From: Verrucomicrobiota bacterium | GTDB lineage: Bacteria; Verrucomicrobiota; Verrucomicrobiia; Limisphaerales; Palsa-1400 | Length of the DNA stretch: 64,000 nt | Assembly: GCA_049517295.1 (NCBI GenBank) | Contig: JBEKSF010000013.1 | Span: 2,087 to 66,086, forward strand | Direction: 5' to 3' | Part shown: positions 59,062-64,000 of the stretch, piece after piece | How the letters are laid out: each line of letters begins with the position of its first letter | Position numbering within the stretch: the first letter of the stretch is position 1 | Program-made: the position numbers and the translations under genes | The notes under the pieces: generated by a model | Database searches by the model: none | Told to the model about the DNA's origin: nothing | Seen by the model: only the letters and a program-made list of their open reading frames with translations

Positions 59062-60483
59062 TTACTCGGTCAGCTTCGCGTGCTCAAGCTGCGTTTGTTC
59101 GCCCGCGGCTTTGACGACGGACCGATGGTAAATCCGCCAACCGAATCCGGGCAGATTCAATGCCGTGAGGTTGTCGGCCCCGGCATCGGGCATGCCGGCG
59201 ATTTTGACGGGTCGAAAATCCCCGGCGTGGTCCACATCGACGGATGTTTTTTGGGGCCGATTGGAAAAATTGATGACGACGACGAACTCGTCGCTCTCAT
59301 CGCGGCGCATGAAGGAAAGTGTGTTGGTGGCGTCGGAGGCATGGAGCCAGGTGACGCAATCGTTCTGGAAGGGCGCGAATTTTTTCCGCAAGGATATCAG
59401 GCTGGAATAGATGGCGGGGAGGTCCGGGCGAGCTTTGGGATGCCAGAAGACGGGGATTTTCTCGAAAAGGGCGGGGTCGCCGGATTCGGTGGCGTCACCG
59501 GCTTCCATGCCGTTGTAAAGAAGAGGAACCCCGTCCAGTGTGAACATCAGCGCCGAGGCGGCCAAGGCGCCGCGGATGCCGTAGCGGGCGACGGCGCGAG
59601 CCTCATCGTGGTCGTCGCTGATGCGCATGTGCAAGGCGCCCGGCGGGAACTCGCGGCGGGTCTGCTCCCAGGACTGCTGCAAGTCCAGGGCCGGGGCGCC
59701 ATCGAGCATGACCCGATTGAGGGCGGAGAGGAGCGGCCAGGAATAATCGACGTCAAAGGCCTTGACCATCAGGTCCGGCTTGCTGGCCTCGGCCAGAAGG
59801 ATGATGTCGGGCTTGACCTTCAGCAATTCGGCGCGGGCCTCTTCCCAGAAGCTGGTCGGCACATCGCCGGCGACGTCGCAGCGAAAGCCGTCGAAATCAA
59901 AGCCGGAGGGATCGATCCAGTATTTCATCATTGCGATCATGTAGCGGCGCAATTGGGGGTTGGCGTAATTGAGGCCGGCGACGTCGGACCAGGCGGGATT
60001 GGGCGGCAGGATGTGGCCGTCGGCATCCTGCTTGTAGAAATCGGGATGACTCATGAGGACGCAGTCCCAGGCAGTGTGATTGGCGACCAAGTCCATAATG
60101 ACCTTCATGTCGCGGCGATGGGCTTGGGTGATGAGGCGTTTCAGATCGTCCGCGGAGCCGTAGTCGGGATTGATGGCGTAGTAATCTTTGACGGCATAAG
60201 GGCTGCCGACGTCCCCTTTGCGCATTTTTTGGCCGATGGGATGAATGGGCATGAGCCAGAGAATGTCAATGCCCAGGCCCTTGAGATCGTCCAGCCGCGC
60301 GGTGATGCCGTTGAAGTCGCCATTACTGGAGAAAGCGCGCGGAAAAACCTCGTAAATCACGCCGTGGCGCAACCAGGAAGGAGAAGCGAGCGCGGCATTT
60401 TGGGCGGAGATGATGCCGCCGCCAACGAACAGGGTAACGAGGCAAAGGGTCGAAACCGCCCGGCGCAGCGAGAAGGATTTCAT
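59062..60483 (-). CDS. Exported GH13 alpha-amylase-family hydrolase
   Basis: Signal peptide from MKSFSLRR; IYEVF, LWLMPI, DLVANH, GFRCDVA, LAE, DHD. Confidence 0.92.
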   Translation of the reverse strand: MKSFSLRRAVSTLCLVTLFVGGGIISAQNAALASPSWLRHGVIYEVFPRAFSSNGDFNGITARLDDLKGLGIDILWLMPIHPIGQKMRKGDVGSPYAVKDYYAINPDYGSADDLKRLITQAHRRDMKVIMDLVANHTAWDCVLMSHPDFYKQDADGHILPPNPAWSDVAGLNYANPQLRRYMIAMMKYWIDPSGFDFDGFRCDVAGDVPTSFWEEARAELLKVKPDIILLAEASKPDLMVKAFDVDYSWPLLSALNRVMLDGAPALDLQQSWEQTRREFPPGALHMRISDDHDEARAVARYGIRGALAASALMFTLDGVPLLYNGMEAGDATESGDPALFEKIPVFWHPKARPDLPAIYSSLISLRKKFAPFQNDCVTWLHASDATNTLSFMRRDESDEFVVVINFSNRPQKTSVDVDHAGDFRPVKIAGMPDAGADNLTALNLPGFGWRIYHRSVVKAAGEQTQLEHAKLTE

Positions 60484-60572
60484 GTTTTCAGGCGAGCGAG
60501 CGGTTTCAGGACTGGTTGCAGAACAAAGGACGGCTCTGCGCGCGGTCAGGGCGCCCCAGGCGCATGCGGAGT

Positions 60573-61373
60573 TCACTGGGCAAGCCAGGCCAGATCCCTG
60601 CTGCGGGTTACCCCAACCTGGTCGATGTCAGAGTAGGTCACGGGGTGTACGGTCTCAGTCTCAAACCACTTGTGAAGTTCCACGTGTCCATCGGCAAAGC
60701 TCACGCCGCAGGCCAAATTATGGTAACTGGCCGGCAACTCGGTGAAGGTGCCCGTGCCGTTGGTGCAGCCCGGATCAATGTACATGATTTCGTCGTCGAT
60801 GCTGTCGGGATGCTCATCACTAAAAACCCAACTTTGGGCCGTGCCGGGAGCAATCAGATCGGACATTTTCTTGGCCCACCACATCTGCACGCCGCCCCAA
60901 TTGGAAAAGGTATATTTCTTGCCGTCGCCGACGGCGCCGTCCATCGAGATACTGCGGCAACGATGCGACCAACCGAGCGGAGTTTGATGAGGGCCGACGT
61001 AAATGTCGGCGGGACACCACTCGATAAGGTAGTTTTTGCCAACATAGGGTCCCATTGAAGAAACCCGTGGATCAATCAAGTACATGTAGTTGGTGTTCTC
61101 GGGATTGGTGCTCCAATCGAGGATTCCTTCCGCCCAATCATGGGTGGCTTCGTAATCCTGGGATTGGTCGTTGTTGAAGGCCAGGCGGTCGCCGAAGTCG
61201 TTGGCGTACATGGTCCACGCAACTTGCATTTGCTTTTTTGCGCTGATGCAATTGGCGCCTGTGGCTTGCTGTTTGGCCCGGGCGAGGGCCGGGAGCAAAA
61301 TCCCAGCAAGGATCGCAATGATCGCGATGACAACCAACAACTCAATAAGCGTGAATGCCTGTTTGTTTTTCAT
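60573..61373 (-). CDS. Prepilin-type N-terminal cleavage / H-X9-DG (DUF1559-like) protein
   Basis: MKNKQA|[24 protein letters not shown]; DEHPDSIDD; HNLACGVSFADGHVE. Confidence 0.9.
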   Translation of the reverse strand: MKNKQAFTLIELLVVIAIIAILAGILLPALARAKQQATGANCISAKKQMQVAWTMYANDFGDRLAFNNDQSQDYEATHDWAEGILDWSTNPENTNYMYLIDPRVSSMGPYVGKNYLIEWCPADIYVGPHQTPLGWSHRCRSISMDGAVGDGKKYTFSNWGGVQMWWAKKMSDLIAPGTAQSWVFSDEHPDSIDDEIMYIDPGCTNGTGTFTELPASYHNLACGVSFADGHVELHKWFETETVHPVTYSDIDQVGVTRSRDLAWLAQ

Positions 61374-61382
61374 ACCTTTATT

Positions 61383-61428
61383 GCTCCAGTCCCGCCGGGA
61401 GGCGGATGGCGCCCCCGGCGGACGGAGC
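61383..61428. other. Intergenic stem-loop
   Basis: GCTCC..CCGCCGGG-A-GGCG / CGCC-CCCGGCGG..GGAGC pairing between the CBM gene and the pilin gene. Confidence 0.5.
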
Positions 61429-61437
61429 GTCAATGCA

Positions 61438-63231
61438 TTAAGGATAAACCAACTCGAAGTACAAGTTGCCGGCGCCAATGGTATAGTTCGTCGTAGCGAT
61501 TCCGCCCGGCGCCACGATCAGGTTCGTTCCGTCGGTGGCAATTTGGGGGGTCCAAACAGTGTGGGCATCCAGGGAGGTGGCCGTTTGCAAATGAACATAC
61601 TGGCGCCCCAGCCAGGAAATAGAAACCTGGTTGCCGCTGGTGGTGATCGAAAGATCGCCAAAGGAAGGTTCGGAAGAGCTGGCGGCGCCTTGGGAGCCGA
61701 AGACATCCACCGGCATCGTATAATTGGGCTGGCTGCGAATATAGCGGGTATGATTATCGGCAAAACCAGCTTCGTTGTCGTTGCCATCGATGCTGTATTT
61801 GTAAACCAGATCAATGTTTTGTCCGCGGTTAACCGGAACTGTCACGGTGTACAAGGACGAATCGCCAATCTCTGTCATTTGGAACTGTGCCGGGGCGTTT
61901 AACACTCCCCATGTCCAGAAACTATTGTTGTTCCCGCCGTTGATTCCGTTGATATAAACAGGAAGGCCCGATCCATTAAACACCGTGCCGTCGGTGCCCA
62001 CCGCATTGGTCATATCGACAGTAAAGGTCACCATGCAATTTGTGACATAGACGACATCGTCCAAGGCGCTGGGGCCTTCAAAACTGAAGAAATCCGGCCC
62101 GACCACATAACTGGCGTTTGTGGTGCGAAGAGCGAACTGGCGGTTGCCGCCGCCGGGGACATTCTCCCACTGTGTGCCCGGTTGGAGAACGTATTTATAG
62201 TTCACAACCGTTCCGGGCGGGTCAACGTACTCGATATCGGCGACAAAGATATTGGTGTTGTTGAGGCCCGGATCGTTGGTCATGTCAACCCCGTTAGAAT
62301 CCCAAGAGTCAAAGTCTCCGTGAAGTTGGATCACGCTGAGCGGATTTCCATTGGTAAAGGTTCCCAAGGCCTCCTGAACGGACATATCGGCCTCAAATTT
62401 CACGTAGTTCGTCACCGAGGACGAAAGCCGCTGGTCGCTATAATAAACAATCGGCAGGGTCTGATCGATGCTGGCGAAGAAGCGGTTGTTGTTGTTGTCG
62501 CGGTCGCCGTCGGCGGCGGAGGGGGATTCATACTCGTTGGCTGTGCCGTTGAAAATGACATATTTGAATTCCTCAGCCGCGCCCGGGGAGGCGGCGAGGG
62601 CATAAGTCCCCACATAGACATTGGAGGTCACTATCCCCTGATAATTGGTGGTCGCAATGGCCGGATTGTTGGTGAGAGGGAAAGTGTCATTCCAACCCTC
62701 AAATGATCCCTGGCTATAGAGGCTATCGACGTTGGTGTCGAAGTTGCCCAGGTTGATCTGTTCGGACATATCGACCTGGAAGGTGATATTGGCCGTGGTG
62801 ACCGGGCCGTCGTCGTTAAAGAATACAACTGGCAGTGCCAGGGTCGCGCCGCTGGCGGCCGGGAGCAGGCCGCAACGATTATTTGCGTCGGCGGTCGTCT
62901 CATAGGTGCTGTTGTCGATGACATACTTGAATATCGTGGCTGTGCCGTTGGCCTCGGCGGTGTCATTGGTCGTGCCGCTATAGAGGTATGGGTTTGAGCT
63001 CGAGGCGTTGGTGGTCAACAGAACGCCGACGCCCCAGCCATTGAAGGATCCATGCGCGGACACCGTATCTGTCCCAGGGGTAAAGCCGTTACCGACCATG
63101 TAGGTCATATCGACCTGGAAGGTGATCTGGGCGTTGGTCAGGGTTTGGGCGGAGACGAGAGTCGCCGAGCACAACAAGGCGCCGGCGCACAGACACCGCG
63201 AGACAGTATTAGAGAGGAGGTTTTGCTTCAT
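61438..63231 (-). CDS. Secreted non-catalytic protein with four CBM20-like (starch-binding-fold) repeats
   Basis: Signal peptide; repeats start ITFQVDM, ITFQVDM, VKFEADM, VTFTVDM, with G.F.GW-like, (F/Y)KY and NR-like motifs. Confidence 0.78.
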   Translation of the reverse strand: MKQNLLSNTVSRCLCAGALLCSATLVSAQTLTNAQITFQVDMTYMVGNGFTPGTDTVSAHGSFNGWGVGVLLTTNASSSNPYLYSGTTNDTAEANGTATIFKYVIDNSTYETTADANNRCGLLPAASGATLALPVVFFNDDGPVTTANITFQVDMSEQINLGNFDTNVDSLYSQGSFEGWNDTFPLTNNPAIATTNYQGIVTSNVYVGTYALAASPGAAEEFKYVIFNGTANEYESPSAADGDRDNNNNRFFASIDQTLPIVYYSDQRLSSSVTNYVKFEADMSVQEALGTFTNGNPLSVIQLHGDFDSWDSNGVDMTNDPGLNNTNIFVADIEYVDPPGTVVNYKYVLQPGTQWENVPGGGNRQFALRTTNASYVVGPDFFSFEGPSALDDVVYVTNCMVTFTVDMTNAVGTDGTVFNGSGLPVYINGINGGNNNSFWTWGVLNAPAQFQMTEIGDSSLYTVTVPVNRGQNIDLVYKYSIDGNDNEAGFADNHTRYIRSQPNYTMPVDVFGSQGAASSSEPSFGDLSITTSGNQVSISWLGRQYVHLQTATSLDAHTVWTPQIATDGTNLIVAPGGIATTNYTIGAGNLYFELVYP

Positions 63232-63333
63232 ATATTGATTAAAGTGCATAGTGATCGTGGCGAAGATACCCTGTTCCCGCCACCCGTTCAACCGCACGTT
63301 TGTGCGGTGCGATTTGAGGCGCCCTAAATCTGC

Positions 63334-64000
63334 CTATTTTATCGGCCAGCCTCCGTGTTGTTTGATGCTCGCGTCAATCTCCCCCATCAATCGCCCCGTT
63401 TCCAGCAGCGCCCAGATGATGCGTTGATATTCCGCCTGCTCCTCGTACCCGAGCGTGCGGCCCATTCGGTCTTTGAGCCAGCGTTGCGCGGGCAGGTAAC
63501 CGCCGATGGGAAACGCCCACGCCGATTCCGGCACAGGCTCGAAATACTGCCGGTCGTTGATCCAAACGCGGCCCGCTTTCACATCCGGCCACGGACCCGT
63601 TTCCACATGCCCGCATGGGTTGGAGCTTTTCATCCGTTTTGCGCCAGGAATGACCAGGGAATCGACAGGTTGGAAACGGACGTCACGGACTTGGTCGGTT
63701 CCTTTCACAGGAAATCCAACTGGAGTGTTTTTCCCCTGTCCGCGCGCGTGCAAGTCCACCAACCACAGGCCCAGCCCCGCCAACTCTCCAAAGAGGTCCC
63801 AATTGCTGGTCAGCGGCAGTCGAGGAAAGTCAGCGCGGAGAAAATCCGCATAACGTTCCCGATAGGTTGGACTGTGGAATATGGCGTAGGCGTAATTGAA
63901 GATGCATTCCGGGCCGACTTCCCGCCGGGACGTGCGGCCGTATCCATCCGGCACAAACTTGCAACCGAGTCGTTGACAAAACTCTTTGACGAAAGAGGCG
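63334..64000 (-). CDS. Type ISP restriction-modification / DNA methyltransferase C-terminal specificity region (5'-partial)
   Basis: IFNYAYAIFHSPTYRERYADFLRADFPRLP, VWIN..QYF, IGGYLPAQRWLKDR; the frame is open to the right edge. Confidence 0.82.
   Translation of the reverse strand, partial: ASFVKEFCQRLGCKFVPDGYGRTSRREVGPECIFNYAYAIFHSPTYRERYADFLRADFPRLPLTSNWDLFGELAGLGLWLVDLHARGQGKNTPVGFPVKGTDQVRDVRFQPVDSLVIPGAKRMKSSNPCGHVETGPWPDVKAGRVWINDRQYFEPVPESAWAFPIGGYLPAQRWLKDRMGRTLGYEEQAEYQRIIWALLETGRLMGEIDASIKQHGGWPIK

Noticed and set aside
1-64000. CRISPR array, tRNA/rRNA, integrase or autonomous transposase
   Set aside because: No regularly spaced repeats, RNA gene signatures or recombinase ORFs seen by eye.

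Overview
GC-rich bacterial DNA whose gene content (DUF1559/H-X9-DG prepilin-like proteins, TIGR02999-type ECF sigma factor next to a Ser/Thr kinase, large LamG/Ig secreted proteins) points to Verrucomicrobiota, probably Pedosphaerales/Limisphaerales; this is inference, not a database result. Layout: (1) 1-18.5 kb, an accessory locus with three large secreted LamG proteins, two H-X9-DG prepilin-like proteins, a GntR-type regulator, a TPR-sulfotransferase and a propeller/Y_Y_Y sensor kinase with NarL regulator. (2) sucA-sucB, an LmtA-like methyltransferase and a TPR/kinase/ECF module. (3) A 120-bp MITE and a four-gene phosphorelay. (4) An orphan ECF, a minor-pilin/PilM cluster running into a lipid kinase, psd and pssA, then housekeeping genes (eda, moaA, ltaE). 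(5) 47.6-63.2 kb, an alpha-glucan/rhamnoside utilisation locus (4x CBM20-like protein, H-X9-DG pilin, two GH13, a CBM/PA14-like protein, GH106, galM). (6) The 3' end of a type ISP-like R-M gene. Best candidate for an undescribed system: both glycan loci lack SusC/SusD or ABC transporters and instead share the unit 'secreted glycan-binding protein with a common C-terminal domain, stem-loop, H-X9-DG pseudopilin'. No rRNA, tRNA or CRISPR array was seen. All family calls come from motif recognition by eye.
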